Below, piece by piece: positions 37,332-45,624 of a stretch of DNA of 64,000 nucleotides. The notes beneath the pieces are model-generated. The model was given only the letters and a program-made list of their open reading frames with translations, did no database searches and was not told where the DNA came from. The DNA is from Bacillota bacterium (GTDB lineage Bacteria; Bacillota; JAAYKD01), in NCBI GenBank assembly GCA_036744005.1, contig DAINOJ010000012.1, positions 180 to 64,179 on the forward strand, in the 5' to 3' direction. The number at the start of each line of letters is the position of its first letter. Positions within the stretch are counted from its first letter, which is position 1. The position numbers and the translations under genes are program-made.

Positions 37332-38626
37332 TGCCCGAGATACTGCGTCATACCTATAGCCTTTGTCCGGTATGTCAAAAAAAACTGGAAGCCGTTTATG
37401 TCCGTCGAGACGTTGCGGTATGCTTTGAATTAATTTGCCCAACACATGGCTCCTTTTCCACTCCGGTCTGGTATAATCGTGTCAGCGGAGCTGCCTGGAC
37501 AAATGTAGAGGACGAACTGACCGTTCCTCCACCCTGCCCGGATGCCTGTGGGTTATGCCCGGAACATCGCCAGGATACCTGTTGTGTCGTTTTGGAAATC
37601 ACCAAACGTTGCAACCTTACTTGTCGTTTCTGCTTTGCCGATGGAGGCAAAGGGGAGGATGTACCATTTGCCAACTTGCAACAAGCGTTTGCCGACATGG
37701 TGAAACAATCCAAAACTTTGGTACAGCTTTCGGGAGGAGAACCGACTCTGCGAGAGGATTTACCTCTAGTCATTGAAGCGGCAAAAAAAGCCGGCTTGCT
37801 GTATGTGCAACTCAACACCAACGGGTTGCGCTTAGCAGAAGATCCTGCTTACGCCATACGTTTGGCGAATGCGGGTTTATCTTTTGTCTTTTTGCAATTT
37901 GACGGTCTTTCTTCTTCGGTTTATGAGTCACTGAGAGGGCGCGACCTTCTCGAGTTAAAAAAACAGGCCATAGCCCATTGCAATGATGCTGGCTTAGGAG
38001 TCACCTTGGTGATGACAGTGGTTCCCGGTGTTAACGATCAGCAAATCGGTGATGTTTTACAGTTTGCTTGGGAACAATCTCCGGTCATTCGGGGTGTTAA
38101 CTTACAACCTGTTAGCTACTTTGGTCGCACTCCCAATTCCACCTCTCCTTTTGAACATCTTACCCTAGATACCCTAGCAGAAGAAATCGAAAAGCAAACT
38201 CACGGTGTTATTCCATCATCGAAACTTTTTCCAGCTCAGAATGATCATCCCTTATGCGGATTTCACGGAGACTTCGTGATCACATCAGAAGGTTTGCCGA
38301 AAGCGCTTTCGATGCCATCCAAAAAATGTACTTGTGGTAAAGGCTTAGTTTCTTCGGTTCCCAAACGCGAATTTTTGGCCAGAAGATGGCAAAGGAAACC
38401 TTCCATCTTTGACGGGAACCAAACACACCAAAGTCATGATTTGTTTGATTTGGAGTATTTTGCTCAACGAGTTCAGAGCCATGGTTTCACGATTACAGCA
38501 ATTTCGTTTCAGGACGCCGAAAATCTTGATTTGGAGCGCTTACAACGATGCCGTTTACATGTCTATGACCAAGGACGCATGATTCCTTTCTGTGCCTATT
38601 ATTATACCCCTCGGAGGTTGTTATGA
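37331..38626 (+). CDS. Radical SAM enzyme with an N-terminal zinc-ribbon/Cys-rich extension
   Basis: CX3CX2C motif RCNLTCRFC. MoaA/NifB-like core motifs (SGGEPTL, NTNGL). An N-terminal CPVC...CPTHG plus CPDACGLCPEH region; additional C-terminal cysteines. Confidence 0.8.
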   Translation: MPEILRHTYSLCPVCQKKLEAVYVRRDVAVCFELICPTHGSFSTPVWYNRVSGAAWTNVEDELTVPPPCPDACGLCPEHRQDTCCVVLEITKRCNLTCRFCFADGGKGEDVPFANLQQAFADMVKQSKTLVQLSGGEPTLREDLPLVIEAAKKAGLLYVQLNTNGLRLAEDPAYAIRLANAGLSFVFLQFDGLSSSVYESLRGRDLLELKKQAIAHCNDAGLGVTLVMTVVPGVNDQQIGDVLQFAWEQSPVIRGVNLQPVSYFGRTPNSTSPFEHLTLDTLAEEIEKQTHGVIPSSKLFPAQNDHPLCGFHGDFVITSEGLPKALSMPSKKCTCGKGLVSSVPKREFLARRWQRKPSIFDGNQTHQSHDLFDLEYFAQRVQSHGFTITAISFQDAENLDLERLQRCRLHVYDQGRMIPFCAYYYTPRRLL

Positions 38627-39243
38627 GTGTGCGCGAATCAACACCCGATTGTTTGAGACCGGGTGGTCTTACTCTAACTGAACTGGGTATTCTTCAATGT
38701 GGGTTTCACGAAGGAGCTACTTTGGCAGATATTGGTTGCGGAAACGGAATCACGGTTGAGTATTTACTACGAAAAGGATATATGGCATATGGCGTAGATT
38801 TGCATGCCAAATCTCCATACATACGAGGGGATGCCGGTCAATTGCCATTTGACAATGAATCCATGGATGGTTTGCTCTACGAGTGTAGCTTTTCCAAGAT
38901 GCAACACACCGATCAGGTTTTAGCGGAAGCTCGCCGTGTCTTAAGCAAGAAAGGAAAACTTTTGCTGAGTGATTTCTATGCACGCGGTGTTTCAGCCGAT
39001 TTTCAAGGGTTATTAGGTCGGGTTGAGAGCGCGGATGAGATTCAACAACGTTTTCGAGCAGCCGGATTTCGTCTTACGTATTGGACCGACGCCAGTCAGG
39101 ATGTACTGCAAACGTTTGGACAACTCATTTTGAACCACGGCTGCATAGAAACGATTCTCGGTGCGAACCGAGAACAAATGAAGGCGGCTAAGTGTGGGTA
39201 CTTTTTATCCATATGGGAGGTTGAGCATGTACTCGGGAATTGA
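38623..39243 (+). CDS. Class I SAM-dependent methyltransferase
   Basis: Motif I DIGCGNG and overall Methyltransf_11-like pattern. Its start overlaps the radical SAM gene stop. Confidence 0.75.
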   Translation: MSVRESTPDCLRPGGLTLTELGILQCGFHEGATLADIGCGNGITVEYLLRKGYMAYGVDLHAKSPYIRGDAGQLPFDNESMDGLLYECSFSKMQHTDQVLAEARRVLSKKGKLLLSDFYARGVSADFQGLLGRVESADEIQQRFRAAGFRLTYWTDASQDVLQTFGQLILNHGCIETILGANREQMKAAKCGYFLSIWEVEHVLGN

Positions 39244-40378
39244 AAACTGGATTCTGAAACGATGTGGCTTAGCCTCTTTTCAAGACCTAGAAGATTGGCA
39301 GCAGGATCAATTGGCACGACAAACAGACTATGCCAAGCGCTCCTTGTTTTATCGTAACGGGTTGAGAGGTTTTACTACATCCGACGATCTTCGTTCCAAC
39401 CCCTTACAGTTCCTATGTATACCTCCTAAAGAAGTATCCCGAATTACTACCTTACCCACTTCAGGTACCAGCGGCGTCTCCAAAAGAGTTTTTTTCTCAG
39501 AAGAAGACCTTCAACTGACCGTAGAGTATTTTCATGTCGGCATGCAAGAGCTCATGGCTCCACAACAAAAAGCAGCGATATTTATGCCGGGAGCAACACC
39601 TGGGAGTGTAGGTGATTTGTTAATTCAAGCTATTGAAGGCTTTGGAGGAGAAGCTGCCGCGTACGGGTTCATACGAAATCCTTATGATGCTCAAATTCAG
39701 GCCGCTGATGCCGACTGTTTATTGGGGCACCCCATACAACTATTGACCTTGTCCCGTATCGCTCCTCACTTACGTCCCAAATCGGTTTTATTGACCGGCG
39801 ATCCTGTCCCTGCTTGGCTAATAACCGAAATGGAACAAACTTGGAGTTGTCGTATCCACCCTCATTACGGTCTGACAGAAAGCGGCTTTGGTTTAGCCGT
39901 CCGCGGAAAAGATGGCTATGGCGAACAAATATGCCATCCGTTTATTCGATTAGATATTATGGATCCTCAAACCGGTACGCTTGTACCCGATGGCGAGTGG
40001 GGTGAAATCGTTTTATCTACATTAATGCGCCAAGCGATGCCACTACTTCATTATCGCACCGGGGATTGCGGTCGCTGGCTTCCCGATACCTATCCAAAAC
40101 GGCTTGATATCCGACAAAGTCGCATACAACAGCCACAGTTAGAGCGCAACTTCACCATTCACCATTTAGACCAAGCGGTCTTTTCGATAAAAGATGTTTT
40201 CTACTATACGGCAACGTTGAAAAAAGAGGGATTACTTCTTACCATTGACTCCCCAGCAGAGTATCACGATATTTCGGTGGCGTTGAAAAACGTATTACAC
40301 CTTTCTATTCCTTGGCACATTGAGAAAAAAAAGATGCTTTGTGAACCAGGGAAACGAAAGATTGCAATAGAAGAATAA
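39227..40378 (+). CDS. PaaK-like adenylate-forming enzyme (phenylacetate-CoA ligase / coenzyme F390 synthetase family)
   Basis: AMP-binding P-loop TSGTSGVSKRV. Start at ATG 39227 with RBS GGGAGG 6 nt upstream. Length is about 383 aa. Confidence 0.7.
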   Translation: MYSGIENWILKRCGLASFQDLEDWQQDQLARQTDYAKRSLFYRNGLRGFTTSDDLRSNPLQFLCIPPKEVSRITTLPTSGTSGVSKRVFFSEEDLQLTVEYFHVGMQELMAPQQKAAIFMPGATPGSVGDLLIQAIEGFGGEAAAYGFIRNPYDAQIQAADADCLLGHPIQLLTLSRIAPHLRPKSVLLTGDPVPAWLITEMEQTWSCRIHPHYGLTESGFGLAVRGKDGYGEQICHPFIRLDIMDPQTGTLVPDGEWGEIVLSTLMRQAMPLLHYRTGDCGRWLPDTYPKRLDIRQSRIQQPQLERNFTIHHLDQAVFSIKDVFYYTATLKKEGLLLTIDSPAEYHDISVALKNVLHLSIPWHIEKKKMLCEPGKRKIAIEE

Positions 40379-40390
40379 GGAGGAGAAATC

Positions 40391-40705
40391 ATGGAATTCA
40401 AAAACGCTACGGTTGTAGCAAAAGCGAATATCTACTTCGAGGGCAAAGTAACCAGTCGAACCATTTTTACCGCGGAAGGTGTGAAGAAAACTTTAGGAAT
40501 CTTCTTGCCCGGAGAATACCGTTTTCAGACGGGAGCCGAAGAGCTTATGGAGATTTTAGCAGGCAGAGTAGATATTCGTTTGTCCGGAGAACAAGTGTAT
40601 ACCCTCTATACTGCAGACACACACTTCAACGTTCCAGCGAATTCATTTTTTGACTTAAAAGTCTATGAAGTCACCGATTATTGCTGTACTTACTTGGAAG
40701 CATAA
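40391..40705 (+). CDS. ppnP: Pyrimidine/purine nucleoside phosphorylase PpnP (DUF1255 cupin)
   Basis: 104 aa with NIYFEGKV...GEYRF.T...E.M.I..G...DW..Y.AG..F.VP..S.F.L.V.E.T.YCC.Y pattern matching YaiE/PpnP. RBS GGAGG. Confidence 0.75.
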   Translation: MEFKNATVVAKANIYFEGKVTSRTIFTAEGVKKTLGIFLPGEYRFQTGAEELMEILAGRVDIRLSGEQVYTLYTADTHFNVPANSFFDLKVYEVTDYCCTYLEA

Positions 40706-40793
40706 CGGTCATCATGAACCCGGCAGACATCTGCCGGGCTCTTACAAGCAATCGTTATGTTTTCAAATACCATTCGAAGAAAGGAGACCTTCT

Positions 40794-41759
40794 ATGAGAA
40801 CCGGAGCTGTTATTGTTGCCGCCGGCTTGTCTTCCCGAATGAAGTCCTTTAAACCTCTGCTTCAGCTAGCTGGATCCACGGTCATCCGTACTGCCATTGA
40901 AACCTTGGTTGCAGCCAATGTTTCTCCGATTATCGTTGTAACAGGCCGAGATGCAGATTTATTGCAGCGACATTTGGTGAACCTTCCGGTACAATGCATA
41001 TATAATAAAGATTATGCTACAACAGATATGTTTTTCTCTGCGAAGCTAGGTATGAAGCAAATCCGCACCCTTTGTGATCGATTTTTCTTCTTACCGGTCG
41101 ACGTTCCTCTGTTCTCCAAACGAAGTTTATTGACGATGATGGGCTACTTTGACTATTCTCGGTCCGAAATATTGGTTCCCTCTTATAAAGGACAGGAAGG
41201 TCATCCGGTCCTAATGGACGCTATGCAGATTGATGAGTTGCTAAAAGATTCTGGAGAACAAGGTCTTAAGGGCGCTTTGGAACGGTTAACCAGCCATAAA
41301 GAAGTATTGGAGTTACCGGATGCCGGGACGATAATGGATGCCGATAAACCGGAAGAGTACCAACAATTGAAGCGCTATGCTGCCAATATGGCGCAGGCAG
41401 ATCCGTTAACATTGCAATTGGATGTGACGATTTTACGGAAAGAACCGTTTTTTAACAAAACATTTGCGCGTCTCCTCCGTGCAGTGGAACGAACTCAGTC
41501 CATTCGGCAAGCTTGTCTTCTGCAGCATATCTCTTATTCCAGTGGTTGGAAGCAAATAAAAATGGCGGAAAGCCAGTTAGGCTTTCGTTTGGTGGATAGT
41601 CAGCAGGGTGGACAAAAAGGCGGTCAAACACACTTAACCGAACAAGGATCGGAGTTTTTGAACACATACACCTCTTATCATCTTGAATTAGAACGATTAG
41701 GCGAAACCCTTTTCAGGGATAGATTTCAACAATTTCTGGAGTTAGAGGAAGCAAAGTAA
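40794..41759 (+). CDS. MocA-like molybdenum-cofactor cytidylyltransferase fused to a C-terminal ModE-type winged-helix HTH domain
   Basis: N-terminal MobA/MocA NTP-transferase motif (GAVIVAAGLSSRMKSFKPLL). The C-terminal region matches the ModE N-terminal DNA-binding domain (ISYSSGWKQIKMAESQLGFRLVDSQQGGQKGGQTHLTEQG vs ISYKSAW...GGKGGGGAVLT). Start at ATG 40794 with RBS AAGGAG. Confidence 0.7.
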   Translation: MRTGAVIVAAGLSSRMKSFKPLLQLAGSTVIRTAIETLVAANVSPIIVVTGRDADLLQRHLVNLPVQCIYNKDYATTDMFFSAKLGMKQIRTLCDRFFFLPVDVPLFSKRSLLTMMGYFDYSRSEILVPSYKGQEGHPVLMDAMQIDELLKDSGEQGLKGALERLTSHKEVLELPDAGTIMDADKPEEYQQLKRYAANMAQADPLTLQLDVTILRKEPFFNKTFARLLRAVERTQSIRQACLLQHISYSSGWKQIKMAESQLGFRLVDSQQGGQKGGQTHLTEQGSEFLNTYTSYHLELERLGETLFRDRFQQFLELEEAK

Positions 41760-41772
41760 TGGAGGAGGACGC

Positions 41773-42864
41773 ATGATACAACATCTCTTCTTACAAGGTC
41801 CTTCGGGGATTGGAAAATCCACCGCGTTGCTTCGTGCTTTACAACAAAGTGCTCTTCCCGTCGGTGGTTTCTTGACCCAACGATTGTTCCGCCAGGGAAG
41901 ATTATACGGATATGCTATGATTCCTGCGGAACAAGCAACTCGTGTGTATGATGATGCCACATACGAAAATCCATCTTGTTTTTTGAAAGCGGAAGCCGGT
42001 CAATTAACCTTTGACTCAACCCGATTCTTGACCGACTTTCTGAGCTTCACTTCTCATGGCTCCATATTGCTGTTGGATGAAATTGGCGGAGCGGAGTTGA
42101 TGATACCGGAAATCCGTCAAGCAATTCAATTGGTATTGGAAAAGCCCATCCCTATCTTAGGTGTATGGAAATCTCGGGAAAACCTACTTCACATGATACA
42201 TCACGGAAAAGCTCCTATTGAATTGTTGTCTTATCATCAAGAAATGGAACGACTACTATCTTCTCAAAAACAAACCTTACTGTTAGATGGTATACCAAAT
42301 GATGCAGAGTTATTGCGGTTCATAAGAAGTAATGGCCTTAGCAAAGACTTACCTGGGCGGTCCTTTTGCATGGAGCGATTATCCAATTGCTCAGAAGCCA
42401 TTCGCAAGCATTGTCTACTGGTCGCCAAAACAACAGAAGCCCTTTGCTTTGCCTTCTCTGCTAAGGATCCGGAAATGCTTCTTCAGGCGGCGCTACTCCA
42501 CGATGTCGAGCGCCACAGTCCTCATCATGATCAGAAATTAGCCCAAGAAATGGTCGAAGCCGGATACATTAGGTTAGCTTCATGTATTCGACAGCATATG
42601 CATCTACAAGAGGAGTTCTATCATTGCGACGAAGCATTGCTTTGGCTAGCCGATAAATGCTGCTTGGAAGACCAACTTGTACACCCGAAAATTCGCTTTG
42701 AAGAAAGTATCCTACGATATGGGCCGACAGACCGCATAAAAAAGAATCTAAGGGCTTTACAATCCTTTGCACTTTCGGATCAATGGGATCCGAAGAAATT
42801 ATTCCTTCAAGGAGGTTCCTATGAAAACAATCTTTTCCGCCTTACTGAAGACGCTTGCAGTTGA
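41773..42864 (+). CDS. P-loop NTPase (THEP1-like) fused to an HD-domain phosphohydrolase
   Basis: Walker A LQGPSGIGKST and Walker B LLLDEIG. The C-terminal HD motif is LLHDVERH, with a further His/Asp. RBS GGAGGAGG. Confidence 0.65.
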   Translation: MIQHLFLQGPSGIGKSTALLRALQQSALPVGGFLTQRLFRQGRLYGYAMIPAEQATRVYDDATYENPSCFLKAEAGQLTFDSTRFLTDFLSFTSHGSILLLDEIGGAELMIPEIRQAIQLVLEKPIPILGVWKSRENLLHMIHHGKAPIELLSYHQEMERLLSSQKQTLLLDGIPNDAELLRFIRSNGLSKDLPGRSFCMERLSNCSEAIRKHCLLVAKTTEALCFAFSAKDPEMLLQAALLHDVERHSPHHDQKLAQEMVEAGYIRLASCIRQHMHLQEEFYHCDEALLWLADKCCLEDQLVHPKIRFEESILRYGPTDRIKKNLRALQSFALSDQWDPKKLFLQGGSYENNLFRLTEDACS

Positions 42865-43822
42865 AGATGCTGTGTTGGTTACCATTGTCGCAGGCTCTGG
42901 TTCTACTCCCCGCGGTGCAGGTGCAGCGATGGTAGTGAAAAAGGAAGGGCGCGTTACAGGTACCATAGGTGGTGGTGCTGTGGAATACAAGTCTCAGCAA
43001 TTGGCCATAGAACTTTTGCTGCAAAAATCGCATGGACAAAAGGAATTTCTCCTGACTCCCAATCAAGTCGAAGACCTTGGCATGGTTTGTGGCGGAGATG
43101 TTCGAGTGTATTTTCGCTTTTTTTCAAAAGACAATATCTCTGAGAAACTTTTTATTGAAACCGTACTACAACGCTTTCATAAAGATGAAGACAGTTGGTT
43201 TCTAATGGATCTTCCACACAATCTTTTGGGTTTATATTCTGTTTCAGAAGGGTTTCAGGGATTCACGATTCCTGAAGAGCAACTGAAAGATCTTCTGCGC
43301 TTCAAAGCAGTAGAAAAAAGTGGCATCTATGCTCATCCTTTGAAATCAAGTGGCAAAGTAGTGGTCTTTGGCGGGGGGCATGTTGCACAAGAGTTGATTC
43401 CAATTCTTACTCAGGTGCATTTTACGTGTTATGTCTATGACGACCGACCTGACTTTGTTACGGAATCTTTGTTTCCTCAAGCAGCCGCACGAATCTTGGG
43501 CTCATTTGAGCAAATAGATCAATATGTTGACTTACAGGAGTGTGATTATGCCGTCGTGATGACTCGTGGTCACTCGTATGATTACATTGTTCAAAAACAG
43601 CTACATCGTCGTCCCTTAGCTTACTTGGGTATCATAGGAAGTCGTAAGAAAATGGCTACCGTCTTTGAACGTCTGAGAGAAGATGGCATCTCACAAGACC
43701 AACTCGCTACCGTGTATACCCCCATTGGACTACCGATAAAAGCAGAAACACCCGCGGAAATCGCTGTATCCATTGCTGCCGAAATGATTCGTGTACGGGC
43801 AGAACGGAAAGAACGATCATGA
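42821..43822 (+). CDS. XdhC/CoxI family molybdenum-hydroxylase cofactor-insertion accessory protein
   Basis: XdhC N-terminal (VTIVAGSGSTPRGAGAAMVV) and Rossmann-like (VVFGGGHVAQEL) segments. Start at ATG 42821 with RBS GGAGG 6 nt upstream. Confidence 0.8.
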   Translation: MKTIFSALLKTLAVEDAVLVTIVAGSGSTPRGAGAAMVVKKEGRVTGTIGGGAVEYKSQQLAIELLLQKSHGQKEFLLTPNQVEDLGMVCGGDVRVYFRFFSKDNISEKLFIETVLQRFHKDEDSWFLMDLPHNLLGLYSVSEGFQGFTIPEEQLKDLLRFKAVEKSGIYAHPLKSSGKVVVFGGGHVAQELIPILTQVHFTCYVYDDRPDFVTESLFPQAAARILGSFEQIDQYVDLQECDYAVVMTRGHSYDYIVQKQLHRRPLAYLGIIGSRKKMATVFERLREDGISQDQLATVYTPIGLPIKAETPAEIAVSIAAEMIRVRAERKERS

Positions 43823-44841
43823 CCAACCATCGAAAATCTTTATGGTTGTTACTATCCTTTACACTTTTATTGTTCGCCTTGATCTTATTGTCCTTTTTAC
43901 TGGGTCGCTATCCGATTTCTCCCATGGAGTTATTCCGCACAGTTGGAGAGCGCATACTACGCACAAACCAATCCTTGAATCGTCCCGTGACAGCGACCGA
44001 AACCGTTCTATGGAACATTCGTTTACCTCGTGTGTTAGCCGCTTGTTTTGTCGGTGCGTGTCTTTCGGCGGCAGGGGCTGCTTATCAAGGCGTCTTTCAA
44101 AACCCTATGGCTTCTCCTGATATTCTTGGTGCAACCGCCGGAGCTGCCTTTGGTGCAGCATTTGCCATCCTCATGGACTTTAGTCAAACCGGTATTGTCT
44201 TATCTGCCTTCTCCTTTAGTATCGTTGCTGTTGCATTGGTTTGGATGGTAGGGCAACGAGCCAGAGGGAGTCGTGTCTTAGGATTGATTTTATCGGGTAT
44301 CATGATTGGTTCTTTGTTCTCTGCAGGGACATCCTTTATCAAACTGGTTGCAGATCCTCAGGACCAGTTGCCGGCTATTACATATTGGCTCATTGGTAGT
44401 CTTGCAGGTGTTCAGCAAACCGATGTGATGTTTGTAAGTCCGATCATGATCCTTGGTTTACTGACTTTGCTGTTAGTTCGTTGGCGAATCAATTTACTAA
44501 CCCTGGGCGACGAACAGGCTCGTGCTTTGGGTGTCAATGCCCAAAGATTACGGTTGGTGGTGATCCTTTCTTCCACTTTAATCACCGCTTCTGCTATATC
44601 GATTAGTGGGATGATTGGCTGGGTTGGTTTGGTGATACCTCATTTATCTCGACGGTTAGTTGGGAGTAATTATCGTTACTTAATGCCCTTATCTATGATT
44701 TTTGGAGCAGCCTTTCTTTTAGCGGTCGACAATGTATCACGCACACTCATGACGACAGAAATCCCCATAGGAATTCTGACTGCCGTGATTGGTGCACCCT
44801 TCTTTCTTTTCCTAATGACACAAAAGGAGGGAACGATGTGA
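43819..44841 (+). CDS. FecCD-family ABC transporter permease (metal-chelate/cobalamin type)
   Basis: 340-aa polytopic membrane protein with the FecCD signature region. Its ATG overlaps the XdhC stop (ATGA). Confidence 0.85.
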   Translation: MTNHRKSLWLLLSFTLLLFALILLSFLLGRYPISPMELFRTVGERILRTNQSLNRPVTATETVLWNIRLPRVLAACFVGACLSAAGAAYQGVFQNPMASPDILGATAGAAFGAAFAILMDFSQTGIVLSAFSFSIVAVALVWMVGQRARGSRVLGLILSGIMIGSLFSAGTSFIKLVADPQDQLPAITYWLIGSLAGVQQTDVMFVSPIMILGLLTLLLVRWRINLLTLGDEQARALGVNAQRLRLVVILSSTLITASAISISGMIGWVGLVIPHLSRRLVGSNYRYLMPLSMIFGAAFLLAVDNVSRTLMTTEIPIGILTAVIGAPFFLFLMTQKEGTM

Positions 44842-45623
44842 GTATTCTTGTCAAACATCTATCTTTTTCATATCACTCTCATCCTGTTCTGAACGATATC
44901 TCCTTTCATGTAAACACCGGAGAAATCCTAGCATTATTGGGCCCCAATGGGGTTGGGAAAAGCACTCTATTTCACTGCATCCTTGGCATACAACCAGATT
45001 ATTCGGGCTCTATATGGATTCATCATCAAGAAGCCAAGCGATTGTCGGCAAAAGCCTTAGCATCACAGATCGCGTATATACCACAAATACAGAAAACAGC
45101 TTTTCATTACAGCGTCTTGGATATGGTTCTGATGGGTACTACCGCTCAGTTGCAGTTGTTTCAGCAGCCTGGACCCTTGGAACTGCAACGAGCACGGGTT
45201 GCCCTAGAACGCTTTCGTATCTCACATTTAGCTCATCGCGAGTTCGATCGACTGAGTGGTGGAGAATGCCAGCTAACACTCATTGCTAGAGCGGTCGCTC
45301 AAGGGGCAAAGATTCTTCTACTGGATGAACCCACAGCCAGCTTAGATTATGGTAATTCCCATCGAGTGATGGAAGAGATCTATCAATTGCGTGATGAAGG
45401 GTATACCATTTTATTCTCTACACATGACCCGAATCAAGCACTTACCTATTCCAATTCGATTTTAGCTTTACATGAGGGAGAAGTTGCTGCCTTTGGCCTG
45501 ACAGAGCAAGTTTTGCAGGCAGATCTCATGGAAAAGCTCTATCAAATTTCCGTCTCATTTGAACAAATCGGCAATATACAGAAGAAAATCTGTATTCCGT
45601 TGCCGCGAAAGGAAGTATTTTAA
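44838..45623 (+). CDS. ABC transporter ATP-binding protein (FepC/BtuD type)
   Basis: Walker A GPNGVGKST, ABC signature LSGGE, Walker B LLLDEP. GTG start overlapping the permease stop. Confidence 0.85.
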   Translation: MSILVKHLSFSYHSHPVLNDISFHVNTGEILALLGPNGVGKSTLFHCILGIQPDYSGSIWIHHQEAKRLSAKALASQIAYIPQIQKTAFHYSVLDMVLMGTTAQLQLFQQPGPLELQRARVALERFRISHLAHREFDRLSGGECQLTLIARAVAQGAKILLLDEPTASLDYGNSHRVMEEIYQLRDEGYTILFSTHDPNQALTYSNSILALHEGEVAAFGLTEQVLQADLMEKLYQISVSFEQIGNIQKKICIPLPRKEVF

Positions 45624-45624
45624 A

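Noticed and set aside
41773-42864. Calling the NTPase-HD protein YqeC (selenium-dependent hydroxylase accessory protein)
   Set aside because: I cannot confirm YqeC family membership from sequence memory alone. Only the generic P-loop and HD motifs are directly visible, so it is annotated descriptively and the YqeC idea is left as a test.
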